Shown: piece after piece, positions 39,007 to 49,172 of the stretch
Position numbering within the stretch: the stretch's first letter is position 1
How the letters are laid out: each line of letters opens with the position of its first letter
Source of the DNA: Bacteroidota bacterium
Lineage (GTDB): Bacteria > Bacteroidota > Bacteroidia > NS11-12g > UBA9320
Assembly (NCBI GenBank): GCA_016124755.1
Contig: WGNA01000011.1
Span: 246,688 to 310,687, forward strand
Direction of reading: 5' to 3'
DNA: 64,000 bases
The notes under the pieces: generated by a model
The model's input: the letters and a program-made list of their open reading frames with translations, nothing else
The model's database searches: none
What the model was told of the DNA's origin: nothing
Translations under genes and position numbers: made by a program

Positions 39007-39897
39007 TTGAACCAACTGTTGGTTAAATATCTGAATTACCTGACGTTTCAGAGAAATCTGTCGCACCATACAATTGATGCGTATCGCTCAGACCTCCAGC
39101 AGTTCTGTGCTTTTCACAGCCTTGAAACAGACGATTCGATATTAAATGTAAAGTACAATGATGTACGGAGTTGGGTTGCGAGTCTGGCAAAAAGCAAAAT
39201 GGCACCAACTAGCATCAATCGGAAAATCAGTGCCGTAAAGCGCTTTTATAAGTACCTGAAAAAGTTGGATTTGGTTTCTGTGAATCCGGCAGATAGCGTC
39301 GGAAATCTGAAGAAGCCAAGAAGGTTGCCTCAATACGTGAAGCAATACGAAATGGATCGTTTAATCGATTCACATAAACCTGTAAATACCGGGGAAACCG
39401 AGTATACAGAAATCCTGGAGTTTACTGCTCTAATGCTCTTATATCAGGCAGGTTTGCGAAGATCAGAACTAATAAATCTGCTGGATGTTAATGTTGATAC
39501 GATTCAAAAAACCGTAAAGGTTATGGGAAAAGGGAGTAAGGAGAGAATCGTTCCGTTGACCGAAGAAATGAATGAACTTCTCAATAATTACAGGAATTCC
39601 CGTAATACTCTTGGAGATTTCCATGACAACTTTTTTATATTTGAGAACGGTAAGCCACTTTATGAGAAATGGGTTTACCGGCTGGTCAAAAAGTCATTGA
39701 GTGAAGTATCTACTGTCGCGAAGAAAAGCCCACACGTGTTGAGACATTCCTTTGCCACTCATCTGTTACAGAGAGGGGCAGATATTAATGCCATCAAGGA
39801 ATTACTCGGGCACTCGAGTTTGGCGGCTACCCAGATTTACGCGCACAACGACATTGAGCAGTTGAAGAAAATACATAAGTTACATCCTAATTCTTAG
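39007..39897 (+). CDS. Tyrosine site-specific recombinase, XerC/XerD family.
   Basis: C-terminal RHSFATHLL...LGHSSLAATQIYAH with the catalytic Tyr. Conserved position after rpsU. Confidence 0.85.
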   Translation: MNQLLVKYLNYLTFQRNLSHHTIDAYRSDLQQFCAFHSLETDDSILNVKYNDVRSWVASLAKSKMAPTSINRKISAVKRFYKYLKKLDLVSVNPADSVGNLKKPRRLPQYVKQYEMDRLIDSHKPVNTGETEYTEILEFTALMLLYQAGLRRSELINLLDVNVDTIQKTVKVMGKGSKERIVPLTEEMNELLNNYRNSRNTLGDFHDNFFIFENGKPLYEKWVYRLVKKSLSEVSTVAKKSPHVLRHSFATHLLQRGADINAIKELLGHSSLAATQIYAHNDIEQLKKIHKLHPNS

Positions 39898-39901
39898 ACC
39901 A

Positions 39902-40204
39902 ATGAAAGTACAAATTCAATCCATTCACTTCAAAGCTGATCAAAAACTCAAAGATTATATCGCGCGAAAACTTTCCAAACTTGATCACTTATACGATGCT
40001 ATTATTGACTCACAGGTTTTTCTCAAACTTGAAAACAATCATCAGAAAATCAACAAGACAATAGAAGTGAAATTGAATGTACAGAATCAAAGTATTTTCA
40101 AGACACAAACCTCTCAAAGTTTTGAAGCTGCAACCGATTTAGCAGTAGATGCTCTCAAAATTCAAATCACTAAGTATAAAGAGCGTCTGAAACTACCTGC
40201 CTGA
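39902..40204 (+). CDS. hpf: Ribosome hibernation promoting factor / RaiA (short form).
   Basis: Sequence MKVQIQSIHFKADQKLKDYI...KLNVQNQSIFKT. Length 100 aa. Conserved synteny with xerC-like and tuf. Confidence 0.85.
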   Translation: MKVQIQSIHFKADQKLKDYIARKLSKLDHLYDAIIDSQVFLKLENNHQKINKTIEVKLNVQNQSIFKTQTSQSFEAATDLAVDALKIQITKYKERLKLPA

Positions 40205-40402
40205 GGACACAAGTTGAAACTTTTTACATCGCAAAACATCAGTAAAATCGGGCATTCCGACGTTTCAAACTCTTCCCAAATATTTTTATCCAATTTTTGA
40301 TTGCGATTCAAAAAAAATGTACTTTTGCCAACCCTAAAAAATCGTGGGAGGTTATTAGGGTTCGTTAGAAGTCTTAGGATTTCTGTGAAATTGGATAAAA
40401 TT

Positions 40403-40475
40403 GCCACCTTAGCTCAGCTGGTAGAGCAGCTGATTTGTAATCAGCCGGTCGTTGGTTCGAGTCCGACAGGTGGCT
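40403..40475 (+). tRNA. tRNA-Thr (anticodon TGT).
   Basis: Cloverleaf read by hand. Acceptor GCCACCT/AGGTGGC and anticodon loop tTGTaa. Confidence 0.85.
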
Positions 40476-40483
40476 CTTAATCC

Positions 40484-40564
40484 GGGGAGATACCAGAGCG
40501 GTCAAATGGGACGGACTGTAAATCCGTTGCTTCGGCTACGTAGGTTCGAATCCTACTCTCCCCA
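40484..40564 (+). tRNA. tRNA-Tyr (anticodon GTA) with a long variable arm.
   Basis: Acceptor GGGGAGA/TCTCCCC. Anticodon loop ctGTAaa. TTCGAAT T-loop. Confidence 0.85.
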
Positions 40565-40676
40565 CTCGTTATTTGGCAAGTCCGAAAGGTTGTTGAGGAT
40601 GACCTTTCAGAAAAGTTAAGAACGCTTGTGTTCGGTAGAGTGAAGTTGATCTTCACAATACAGGATACAAAAATTT

Positions 40677-40749
40677 GCGGGAGTAGCTCAGTTGGTAGAG
40701 CGACAGCCTTCCAAGCTGTAGGTCGCGGGTTCGAGCCTCGTCTCCCGCT
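40677..40749 (+). tRNA. tRNA-Gly (anticodon TCC).
   Basis: Acceptor GCGGGAG/CTCCCGC. Anticodon loop cTTCCaa... read as cttCCaa with TCC. TTCGAGC T-loop. Confidence 0.8.
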
Positions 40750-40845
40750 CAAGCCGGTTGAATTTCGGGTTTCCGGATTTCAACCGGTTAGGGTTTTTAG
40801 CCAATGACGCTCTGAATAATCCGGTGAAATTGGCGAAGAATTCAA

Positions 40846-40917
40846 GCCGATGTAGCTCAGGGGTAGAGCGTTTCCTTGGTAAGGAAGAGGTCGTGGGTTC
40901 AATTCCCATCATTGGCT
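40846..40917 (+). tRNA. tRNA-Thr (anticodon GGT).
   Basis: Acceptor GCCGATG/CATTGGC with one G-U pair. Anticodon loop ttGGTaa. Confidence 0.8.
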
Positions 40918-40999
40918 CAAAGGTGATGAAAGACTCACCAAGATTTTTTAACAATCCTCATAAGAGAAACAAAACAAAAAGTAACATTATTTAATCGTC

Positions 41000-42187
41000 A
41001 TGGCTAAAGAAACATTTGACCGTTCCAAACCACACGTAAACATCGGAACGATCGGTCACGTTGACCACGGTAAAACTACCCTGACCGCCGCCATCACAAC
41101 AGTTCTGGCGTCACAGGGTCTTGCTGAAAAGAAAGATTTTGACACTATCGACTCTGCTCCCGAAGAAAAAGAGCGTGGTATCACGATCAACACAGCACAC
41201 GTGGAGTATCAAACGGCAAATCGTCACTATGCTCACGTTGACTGTCCGGGTCACGCTGACTATGTAAAGAACATGGTTACTGGTGCGGCTCAGATGGACG
41301 GAGCTATCCTCGTGGTAGCATCTACCGATGGTCCTATGCCACAAACCAAAGAGCACATCCTTCTCGCTCGTCAGGTAGGTGTACCTAGACTGGTTGTTTT
41401 TATGAACAAAGTTGACATGGTTGACGATGAGGAATTGTTGGAGCTTGTTGAAATGGAAATTCGTGAACTGCTCGACTTCTATGGATTCGATGCAGACAAT
41501 ACACCAATCATCAGAGGATCTGCCCTTGGCGGACTCAACGGTGAAGAAAAATGGGTGAACACCATTATGGAACTCATGAGCGCAGTAGACGAGTGGATTC
41601 CGGTTCCTCCAAGATTGGTTGATCAGCCTTTCCTTATGCCAGTTGAAGACGTGTTCTCAATCACTGGTCGTGGAACAGTTGCTACAGGTCGTATCGAAAG
41701 AGGTGTCATCAAAGTTGGTGAGCCTGTTGAGATCGTAGGTATGGGTGCAGAGAAACTTACTTCTACCTGTACAGGTGTTGAGATGTTCCGTAAGCTCCTC
41801 GATCAGGGAGAAGCTGGAGATAACGCCGGTATTCTTCTGAGAGGTATTGAGAAAACCGATATCCGTCGTGGTATGGTTATCTGCAAGCCGGGTTCAGTTA
41901 AACCACACAAAAAATTCAAAGCTGAGGTTTACGTACTTTCTAAAGAAGAAGGTGGACGTCACACTCCATTCTTTAACAAATACCGTCCACAGTTCTACTT
42001 CAGAACTACAGACGTAACAGGGGAAATCATGTTGCCGGAAGGAACCGAAATGGTTATGCCTGGTGATAACGTTACTATTACTGTTGAACTTCTCAACCCG
42101 GTAGCTATGGAAAAAGGACTCAAGTTCGCGATTCGTGAAGGCGGTCGTACCGTAGGTGCTGGTCAGGTAACTGAAATCCTCGAGTAA
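41000..42187 (+). CDS. tuf: Elongation factor Tu.
   Basis: [28 protein letters not shown] and the full-length EF-Tu sequence. Confidence 0.97.
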   Translation: MAKETFDRSKPHVNIGTIGHVDHGKTTLTAAITTVLASQGLAEKKDFDTIDSAPEEKERGITINTAHVEYQTANRHYAHVDCPGHADYVKNMVTGAAQMDGAILVVASTDGPMPQTKEHILLARQVGVPRLVVFMNKVDMVDDEELLELVEMEIRELLDFYGFDADNTPIIRGSALGGLNGEEKWVNTIMELMSAVDEWIPVPPRLVDQPFLMPVEDVFSITGRGTVATGRIERGVIKVGEPVEIVGMGAEKLTSTCTGVEMFRKLLDQGEAGDNAGILLRGIEKTDIRRGMVICKPGSVKPHKKFKAEVYVLSKEEGGRHTPFFNKYRPQFYFRTTDVTGEIMLPEGTEMVMPGDNVTITVELLNPVAMEKGLKFAIREGGRTVGAGQVTEILE

Positions 42188-42249
42188 TCGGAATAATAAT
42201 TTTGCGGGATCCGCGGGTGCTTCTGCATCCGCGGACTTCCTGTAAATAA

Positions 42250-42322
42250 AGGAGAGTAGTTCAATTGGTAGAGCAGCGGTCTCCAAAACCGCAAGTTGCA
42301 GGTTCGAGCCCTGTCTCTCCTG
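42250..42322 (+). tRNA. tRNA-Trp (anticodon CCA).
   Basis: Acceptor AGGAGAG/CTCTCCT. Anticodon loop ctCCAaa. Conserved tuf-tRNA-Trp-secE arrangement. Confidence 0.85.
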
Positions 42323-42346
42323 CTGAAAACGTAAAGTAAATAGTCA

Positions 42347-42538
42347 ATGGAGCGACTTAGAAATATTTGGAACGTGACCATCGATGAGTTGATGAACAAA
42401 GTAACCTGGCCAAGCTGGGATGAACTCGTTCAAAGTACCATCATTGTGCTCATCGCTTCCATCATCTTTGCTTTGGCGGTGTATATCATCGACCTGAGCT
42501 TTGATAACATTATGAACTTGCTTTACAAGCTCATGTAA
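42347..42538 (+). CDS. secE: Preprotein translocase subunit SecE.
   Basis: 63-aa single-TM protein immediately upstream of nusG. Confidence 0.8.
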   Translation: MERLRNIWNVTIDELMNKVTWPSWDELVQSTIIVLIASIIFALAVYIIDLSFDNIMNLLYKLM

Positions 42539-42566
42539 TAAACCGAAAGGTTAAAAATCGGAGATC

Positions 42567-43118
42567 ATGGAACAGGTGAACGGAGATTACAAATGGTATG
42601 TGGTGCGAGCCATTACCGGACAGGAAAAGAAAGTGAAAGCAATGATCGAGTCTGAACTCGCTCATGAAAAACTAACGGATTACGTTCCGCAGATTCTGAT
42701 CCCGACTACCAAGGTTTATGAAATCAAGAACGGAAAAAAAACGTCCCGCGAAAAGAGTTTCTATCCGGGGTATATTTTAATAAATGCCAATCTGGTGGGT
42801 GAGGTGTTACCTACCATTAAAGGTATTAATGGCGTTGTGGGTTTTTTGGGAGACGAAGGTGTTCCAACACCTATGCGCCAGAGTGAAGTTAACCGGATTC
42901 TCGGTCAGGTGGATGAGACCAACGAAATGGGTGAGAGCATGATCGAACCTTTTATTGTTGGTGAAATGGTGAAAGTGAACGACGGACCTTTCTCCGGATT
43001 TGTGGGTGTGATCGAAGAAGTGAATGAGGAAAAGAAAAAACTGAAGGTGATGGTAAAAATCTTCGGTCGAAAAACACCAATGGAATTGAACTACGTACAG
43101 GTAGAAAAAGAAAAATAG
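42567..43118 (+). CDS. nusG: Transcription termination/antitermination factor NusG.
   Basis: NGN domain WYVVRAITGQEKKV and a C-terminal KOW motif (GEMVKVNDGPFSGFVG). Confidence 0.95.
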   Translation: MEQVNGDYKWYVVRAITGQEKKVKAMIESELAHEKLTDYVPQILIPTTKVYEIKNGKKTSREKSFYPGYILINANLVGEVLPTIKGINGVVGFLGDEGVPTPMRQSEVNRILGQVDETNEMGESMIEPFIVGEMVKVNDGPFSGFVGVIEEVNEEKKKLKVMVKIFGRKTPMELNYVQVEKEK

Positions 43119-43121
43119 AAA

Positions 43122-43565
43122 ATGGCTAAGCAAATTTCAGCTTTCGTTAAGTTACAGGTTAAAGGTGGAGCGGCAAATCCGGCTCCTCCAATCGGACCGG
43201 CCCTTGGTGCCAAAGGGGTGAACATTATGGATTTTTGCAAACAATTTAATGCAAGAACTCAGGACAGACCCGGAAAGGTATTGCCGGTTGTAATTACTGT
43301 TTATCAGGATAAGTCTTTTGACTTCATCATTAAAACTCCTCCGGTTGCTTCTCAACTGATGGAGGCTACCAAAGCCAAAAAAGGATCTGCAGAACCTAAC
43401 AGACAAAAAGTTGCGAAAGTTACCTGGGATCAGGTAAGAACTATCGCCGAAGATAAAATGCCCGACCTCAATGCCTTCACCGTTGAATCAGCCATGAGAA
43501 TGGTTGCCGGTACTGCAAGAAGTATGGGTATCACTGTAACCGGACAGTTTCCGGGAGATAAATAA
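43122..43565 (+). CDS. rplK: 50S ribosomal protein L11.
   Basis: Sequence [28 protein letters not shown]. Confidence 0.95.
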   Translation: MAKQISAFVKLQVKGGAANPAPPIGPALGAKGVNIMDFCKQFNARTQDRPGKVLPVVITVYQDKSFDFIIKTPPVASQLMEATKAKKGSAEPNRQKVAKVTWDQVRTIAEDKMPDLNAFTVESAMRMVAGTARSMGITVTGQFPGDK

Positions 43566-43581
43566 TTATCGCTAACACATT

Positions 43582-44280
43582 ATGTCAAAAGTTTCAAAAA
43601 AGAGAAAAGACGCTCTTACGAAACTGGATCGCCAAAAGCTTTACAGTTTAACGGAAGCAGCGGAGCTCGTTAAGAGCATCACTTACACGAAGTTTGACGC
43701 ATCAGTTGACCTCGATGTTAAACTCGGTGTTGACCCGCGTCAGGCAAATCAAATGGTGAGAGGGGTTGCTAGCCTTCCTCACGGAACCGGTAAAAATGTT
43801 CGGGTATTGGTACTTTGTACCCCCGACAAAGAAGCAGAAGCCAAAGAAGCCGGAGCTGATCACGTTGGATTGGATGACTACATCGAAAAAATCTCAGGAG
43901 GCTGGGTAGATATCGATGTTATTATTACTATGCCGAGTGTTATGGCTAAGATCGGTAAACTGGGAAGAATCCTCGGGCCAAGAAACCTCATGCCAAACCC
44001 AAAATCCGGTACTGTTACCATGGAAGTTGGAAAAGCTGTTTCTGAGGTAAAAGCCGGTAAGATTGATTTCAAGGTTGATAAAACCGGTATCATTCACAGC
44101 TCAATCGGAAAAGTTTCTTTTGATCCGACCAAGATCACCGAAAACGCACAGGAGTTTGTTAACACTTTGCACAAATTGAAACCTTCTGCTGCCAAAGGAA
44201 CGTACTTCCAGTCAATAACAATGTCCAGCACCATGAGTCCTGGGATTAAAGTAGATGTTAAATCAATTCCGGGAATCTAA
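43582..44280 (+). CDS. rplA: 50S ribosomal protein L1.
   Basis: Sequence [22 protein letters not shown]. Length 232 aa. Confidence 0.95.
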   Translation: MSKVSKKRKDALTKLDRQKLYSLTEAAELVKSITYTKFDASVDLDVKLGVDPRQANQMVRGVASLPHGTGKNVRVLVLCTPDKEAEAKEAGADHVGLDDYIEKISGGWVDIDVIITMPSVMAKIGKLGRILGPRNLMPNPKSGTVTMEVGKAVSEVKAGKIDFKVDKTGIIHSSIGKVSFDPTKITENAQEFVNTLHKLKPSAAKGTYFQSITMSSTMSPGIKVDVKSIPGI

Positions 44281-44291
44281 TTAGTTGAGCC

Positions 44292-44813
44292 ATGACAAGA
44301 GACGAAAAAAATCAGGTAATTGACGAACTCGTTCAGAGTCTCAATACCTATGAATTTATATATGTTACGGACAGTTCTGAGTTAACCGCAAACAACAACA
44401 ACGAACTCCGTCGTATGCTCCACAAAAATGGAGTTAAGATGCAGGTTGCTAAAAACACCTTAATCCGTCAGGCATTAGTGAGGGCCGAAAAGGATTGGGG
44501 TGAATTAACCGACACCCTCAAAGGGACTACAGCCTTACTTTTTGCTTCCAACCCCAAGGCTCCCGCGATCGCAATTAAAGACTTTCGCAAAAAGGGCGAC
44601 AGACCGGTTTTAAAAGGCGCCTTCCTCGACAGTAGTGTTTATGTAGGTGACGATCAACTCGAAGTCCTGCTGAACTACAAGTCGAAAGAGGATTTGATCG
44701 GAGAACTCATCGGATTGCTCCAATCACCAGCCAAGAATGTTATTTCCGCCCTTCGTTCTGGTGGAACTACTATTCACGGCATCCTTCAAACCTTATCCGA
44801 AAAAGAAAATTAA
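44292..44813 (+). CDS. rplJ: 50S ribosomal protein L10.
   Basis: Position in the conserved operon. Length 173 aa. L10-like sequence. Confidence 0.9.
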   Translation: MTRDEKNQVIDELVQSLNTYEFIYVTDSSELTANNNNELRRMLHKNGVKMQVAKNTLIRQALVRAEKDWGELTDTLKGTTALLFASNPKAPAIAIKDFRKKGDRPVLKGAFLDSSVYVGDDQLEVLLNYKSKEDLIGELIGLLQSPAKNVISALRSGGTTIHGILQTLSEKEN

Positions 44814-44846
44814 TCAAATCATCAACAGCACTTTAAATAGTTAAAA

Positions 44847-45227
44847 ATGTCAAACTTAAAGGAATTCGCAGAACAACTTGTTAACCTCACAGTTAAAGAA
44901 GTTAACGAACTGGCAGCTATTCTGAAAGACGAATACGGTATTGAGCCAGCAGCAGCTGCAGTTGCAGTTGCCGCTCCTGCAGCAGGCGGCGGAGACGCAG
45001 CAGCTGTAGAAGAGAAAACAGAATTTACGGTTGTTTTAAAATCAGCCGGAGCTTCTAAACTGAACGTTGTTAAGGTTGTTAAAGACCTTACCGGACTCGG
45101 TCTAAAAGAAGCAAAAGAAATCGTTGATTCAGCTCCAAAAGAAGTCAAGGAAAACGTTTCAAAAGATGAAGCGGATGCTTTAAAAGCAAAACTTGAAGAA
45201 GCAGGAGCTGAAGTTGAGATCAAGTAA
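44847..45227 (+). CDS. rplL: 50S ribosomal protein L7/L12.
   Basis: Ala-rich hinge followed by a C-terminal domain [19 protein letters not shown]...[11 protein letters not shown]. Confidence 0.95.
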   Translation: MSNLKEFAEQLVNLTVKEVNELAAILKDEYGIEPAAAAVAVAAPAAGGGDAAAVEEKTEFTVVLKSAGASKLNVVKVVKDLTGLGLKEAKEIVDSAPKEVKENVSKDEADALKAKLEEAGAEVEIK

Positions 45228-45249
45228 AATAACACACTTATAACACAAT

Positions 45250-45288
45250 AGACCCCAGAGAAATCTGTGGGTCTATCTGTGTTTTTGT
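45250..45288 (+). terminator. rplL-rpoB intergenic attenuator / partial intrinsic terminator.
   Basis: Hairpin AGACCC-cagagaaatctgt-GGGTCT followed by ATCTGTGTTTTTGTG. Confidence 0.55.
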
Positions 45289-45331
45289 GCGTTTGCAGAG
45301 TTCATTTTTTCGCCAACCTAATTTTAATACC

Positions 45332-48300
45332 TTGTCAACCGTACAACAAAACACTCGAATAAATTTTGCCTCCATCCCGGAAATCATTCCCTATCCCGAT
45401 TTTCTGGATGTTCAGGTGAAGTCGTTTCAGGAATTCTTCCAGCTTGAAACTTCTTCTGAGGATCGTGCTAACGAAGGACTGTATAAGGTGTTCAGTGAGA
45501 ACTTCCCTATTACAGACACACGTAACATCTTCGTTCTCGAATTCCTCGACTACTTCGTGGATCCACCGAGATACACAATGGAAGAGTGCATCGATCGCGG
45601 TCTGACCTATGCGGTTCCGCTGAAGGCCAAACTTAAATTGTCTTGTAACGATATCGAACACGAAGATTTCGAAACGATCGTACAGGATGTTTATCTGGGT
45701 ACCATTCCATATATGACCCCTCGCGGGACATTTATTATTAATGGTGCAGAAAGAGTTATCGTTTCTCAGTTACACCGGTCTCCGGGTGTGTTCTTCGCAC
45801 AGTCGTATCACACCAACGGAACCAAGTTGTATTCGGCAAGGGTAATTCCTTTCAAAGGAAGCTGGATCGAATTCGCAACAGACGTGAATAACGTTATGTA
45901 TGCCTACATCGACCGTAAAAAGAAATTCCCGGTAACAACTCTTCTTCGTGCCATTGGATTCGAAACGGATAAAGACATCCTCGACATCTTTGGTCTTGCT
46001 GAAGAAGTGAAAGTTTCCAAAGCCGCTCTCAAAAGATCAATTGGAAGAAGACTCGCCGCAAGGGTTCTTCGCTCCTGGATTGAAGACTTCGTTGACGAGG
46101 ATACCGGTGAAGTGGTATCTATCGAACGTAACGAGGTTATTATTGAGCGGGATACAGTTCTGGAAGATGATCACGTGGATGAAATTCTTGAGTCCGGTGT
46201 TAAAACCATCATCCTGAGCAATGAGGAAGGCAACAAGAATGACTTTGCCATCATTCACAACACACTTCAGAAAGATACTTCCAACAGCGGAAAAGAAGCT
46301 GTGGAGCATATCTACCGTCAGTTGAGAAATACCGATCCACCGGATGAAGAAACAGCGCGCGGTATTATCGACCGGTTGTTCTTCTCCGACAAACGTTACG
46401 ACCTCGGAGACGTTGGTCGTTACAGGATCAACAAAAAACTGAAACTTGAGATTTCGGAAGATACCAAGGTGTTAACTAACGACGACATCATCAGCATCAT
46501 CCGTTACCTCATCGAACTTAGTAACTCCAGAACGGACGTTGACGATATTGACCACCTGAGTAACCGTCGTGTTCGTACGGTGGGTGAGCAATTGTACGCA
46601 CAGTTCGGAGTTGGTCTTGCGAGAATGGCGAGAACGATTCGCGAGCGTATGAACATCCGTGATAATGAGGTGTTCACTCCAACGGATCTTATCAACGCCA
46701 GAACCTTGTCGTCGGTAATCAATTCGTTCTTCGGAACCAATCAGTTATCTCAGTTCATGGATCAAACGAATCCATTGGCGGAAATAACCCACAAACGAAG
46801 AATGTCGGCACTCGGACCAGGCGGTCTCTCAAGAGACAGAGCTGGTTTCGAGGTACGGGACGTTCACTATACGCACTACGGACGTTTGTGTACCATTGAA
46901 ACTCCGGAAGGACCGAACATCGGACTTATTTCATCTCTGTGTGTGCATGCTAAAATTAACTCCATGGGCTTCATCGAAACTCCATACCGAAAGGTGGATA
47001 GCGGTGTTGTTCAACAGGGAGTTGTTTATCTGAGCGCAGAAGAAGAGGATACCAAAATTATCGCTCAGGCGAATGCTCCGGTGGCTGAGGATGGTCATTT
47101 CGAAAGAGATGATATCAAAGCCAGAAACGAGGGAGACTTCCCGATCGTTACTCCGGATCAGGTAGACTATATGGATGTGGCTCCAAACCAGATTGTGTCG
47201 ATTGCCGCATCTCTCATTCCGTTCCTCGAACACGACGACGCCAACCGTGCGCTCATGGGATCAAACATGCAGCGTCAGGCAGTTCCATTGCTTCGCCCTC
47301 AAGCACCGATTGTAGGAACCGGTCTCGAAGGAAAAATTGCACAGGATTCCAGAAACCTTATTAATGCAGAAGGTGATGGAGTTGTGGAATATGTTGATGC
47401 GAATGAAATCCGGGTGCGATACGACATGACGGAAGATGAACAAACTGTTTCCTTTACCGGTGAAGTAAAAGCGTATCCTCTGATCAAGTTCCGAAGAACC
47501 AATCAGAATACGTGTATCAACCTCAGACCGATCGTTAAAAAAGGAGATCGGGTAAAAGAAGGTCAGGTACTTTGTGATGGTTACGCAACCGACGGAGGAG
47601 AACTCGCACTTGGAAGAAACCTGATGGTCGCCTTCATGCCATGGCAGGGTTACAACTTCGAGGATGCGATCGTTATTTCTGAGAAAGTTGTTAAAGAAGA
47701 CTTCTACACTTCTATTCACATAGTTGAATACGAACTTGAAGTACGGGATACCAAAAGGGGAGAGGAAGAACTCACAAACGACATCCCGAATGTGAGTGAA
47801 GAAGCGACCCGAAACCTCGACGAAAACGGTTTGATCCGAATCGGAGCGAGAGTTCTGGAAGGTGATATCCTGATTGGAAAGATTACGCCTAAAGGTGAGT
47901 CTGAACCATCACCTGAAGAAAAACTTCTTCGTGCGATCTTCGGTGATAAAGCCGGTGACGTTAAAGATGCAAGTTTGAAAGCACCTCCGTCTACCAACGG
48001 AATCGTGATCGATAAGAAACTTTTCTCACGCGTTAAAAAGGATAAAACAGCGAAAGCCGATGATAAGGTTAAGTTGTCTAAACTGGATGCGGAACACGAA
48101 AAGAATCTGGCAAAACTGAAAGCCGTACTTATCGAAAAACTCTTCAAGGTTGTAAACGGAAGAACTTCGCAGGGAGTGAACAACGTGTACTTTGAGGAAA
48201 TCGTTCCGAAAGGCACTAAGTTCACCCAGAAGAATCTTGCCGATATCGATTACAACTCGATTTCTTACAACGGCTGGACTTCCGATGAAGCGAAAAACAA

Positions 48301-49135
48301 ACTCATCGCCAACATCCTAAATAACTACAAGCAACGTGTTAATGCAATCACTACAGATTACAAGCGTCAGCACTTTGCAATCAGTGTGGGAGATGAATTA
48401 CCAACCGGTATTCTTCAACTCGCTAAAGTTTATCTCGCAACCAAGCGAAAACTGAAAGTGGGAGATAAGATGGCGGGTCGTCACGGTAACAAGGGTATTG
48501 TTGCCCGAATCGTACCGGAAGCCGACATGCCATTCCTCGAAGACGGAAAGCCGGTTGATATTGTTCTTAACCCGCTTGGGGTACCTTCCCGTATGAACCT
48601 CGGACAGATTTACGAAACTGTTCTCGGTTGGGCAGGTAAAGAACTCGGTTTGAAATTCGCCACACCGATTTTCGACGGTGCATCAGAAGAAAGCATCAAT
48701 CAATATGTTCAGCAAGCCAACCTTCCGTTGATGGGATCAACCTACCTCTACAACGGTTTAACCGGTGAGCGTTTCGACCAGAAAACAACAGTAGGTGTTA
48801 TCTACATGCTGAAACTCGGTCACATGGTTGATGATAAAATGCACTCCAGATCTATTGGGCCATACTCACTCATTACCCAGCAACCTTTGGGTGGTAAGGC
48901 ACAATTCGGAGGTCAGAGATTCGGGGAGATGGAAGTTTGGGCACTGGAAGCTTTCGGTGCGTCGAACATCCTTCGCGAAATCCTGACGGTTAAATCCGAC
49001 GATATCGTTGGACGAGCCAAGACATACGAAGCCATTGTTAAAGGAGATAACAGTGTTGAACCCGGAATTCCGGAGTCGTTCAACGTATTGCTCCACGAAT
49101 TGCGCGGACTCGGTCTTGAGATCACCTTCGATTGA
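45332..49135 (+). CDS. rpoB: DNA-directed RNA polymerase beta subunit. The probable start is TTG at 45332. The ORF-track GTG at 45287 lies inside the attenuator T-tract.
   Basis: Full-length RpoB. The N-terminus (L)[14 protein letters not shown] matches the Bacteroidota start pattern ...NQRVNFASI. Confidence 0.95.
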   Translation: MSTVQQNTRINFASIPEIIPYPDFLDVQVKSFQEFFQLETSSEDRANEGLYKVFSENFPITDTRNIFVLEFLDYFVDPPRYTMEECIDRGLTYAVPLKAKLKLSCNDIEHEDFETIVQDVYLGTIPYMTPRGTFIINGAERVIVSQLHRSPGVFFAQSYHTNGTKLYSARVIPFKGSWIEFATDVNNVMYAYIDRKKKFPVTTLLRAIGFETDKDILDIFGLAEEVKVSKAALKRSIGRRLAARVLRSWIEDFVDEDTGEVVSIERNEVIIERDTVLEDDHVDEILESGVKTIILSNEEGNKNDFAIIHNTLQKDTSNSGKEAVEHIYRQLRNTDPPDEETARGIIDRLFFSDKRYDLGDVGRYRINKKLKLEISEDTKVLTNDDIISIIRYLIELSNSRTDVDDIDHLSNRRVRTVGEQLYAQFGVGLARMARTIRERMNIRDNEVFTPTDLINARTLSSVINSFFGTNQLSQFMDQTNPLAEITHKRRMSALGPGGLSRDRAGFEVRDVHYTHYGRLCTIETPEGPNIGLISSLCVHAKINSMGFIETPYRKVDSGVVQQGVVYLSAEEEDTKIIAQANAPVAEDGHFERDDIKARNEGDFPIVTPDQVDYMDVAPNQIVSIAASLIPFLEHDDANRALMGSNMQRQAVPLLRPQAPIVGTGLEGKIAQDSRNLINAEGDGVVEYVDANEIRVRYDMTEDEQTVSFTGEVKAYPLIKFRRTNQNTCINLRPIVKKGDRVKEGQVLCDGYATDGGELALGRNLMVAFMPWQGYNFEDAIVISEKVVKEDFYTSIHIVEYELEVRDTKRGEEELTNDIPNVSEEATRNLDENGLIRIGARVLEGDILIGKITPKGESEPSPEEKLLRAIFGDKAGDVKDASLKAPPSTNGIVIDKKLFSRVKKDKTAKADDKVKLSKLDAEHEKNLAKLKAVLIEKLFKVVNGRTSQGVNNVYFEEIVPKGTKFTQKNLADIDYNSISYNGWTSDEAKNKLIANILNNYKQRVNAITTDYKRQHFAISVGDELPTGILQLAKVYLATKRKLKVGDKMAGRHGNKGIVARIVPEADMPFLEDGKPVDIVLNPLGVPSRMNLGQIYETVLGWAGKELGLKFATPIFDGASEESINQYVQQANLPLMGSTYLYNGLTGERFDQKTTVGVIYMLKLGHMVDDKMHSRSIGPYSLITQQPLGGKAQFGGQRFGEMEVWALEAFGASNILREILTVKSDDIVGRAKTYEAIVKGDNSVEPGIPESFNVLLHELRGLGLEITFD

Positions 49136-49172
49136 TGAATTTTTAGCTGGATTAACTTAGAGATTAAACGAC

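Noticed and set aside
40477-40994. ORFs 40477..40752, 40688..40954 and 40758..40994
   Set aside because: They overlap four tRNA genes. GC-rich tRNA sequence keeps the frames open.
44822-45235. 137-aa minus-strand ORF
   Set aside because: Antisense shadow of rplL (Ala/Ser-rich).
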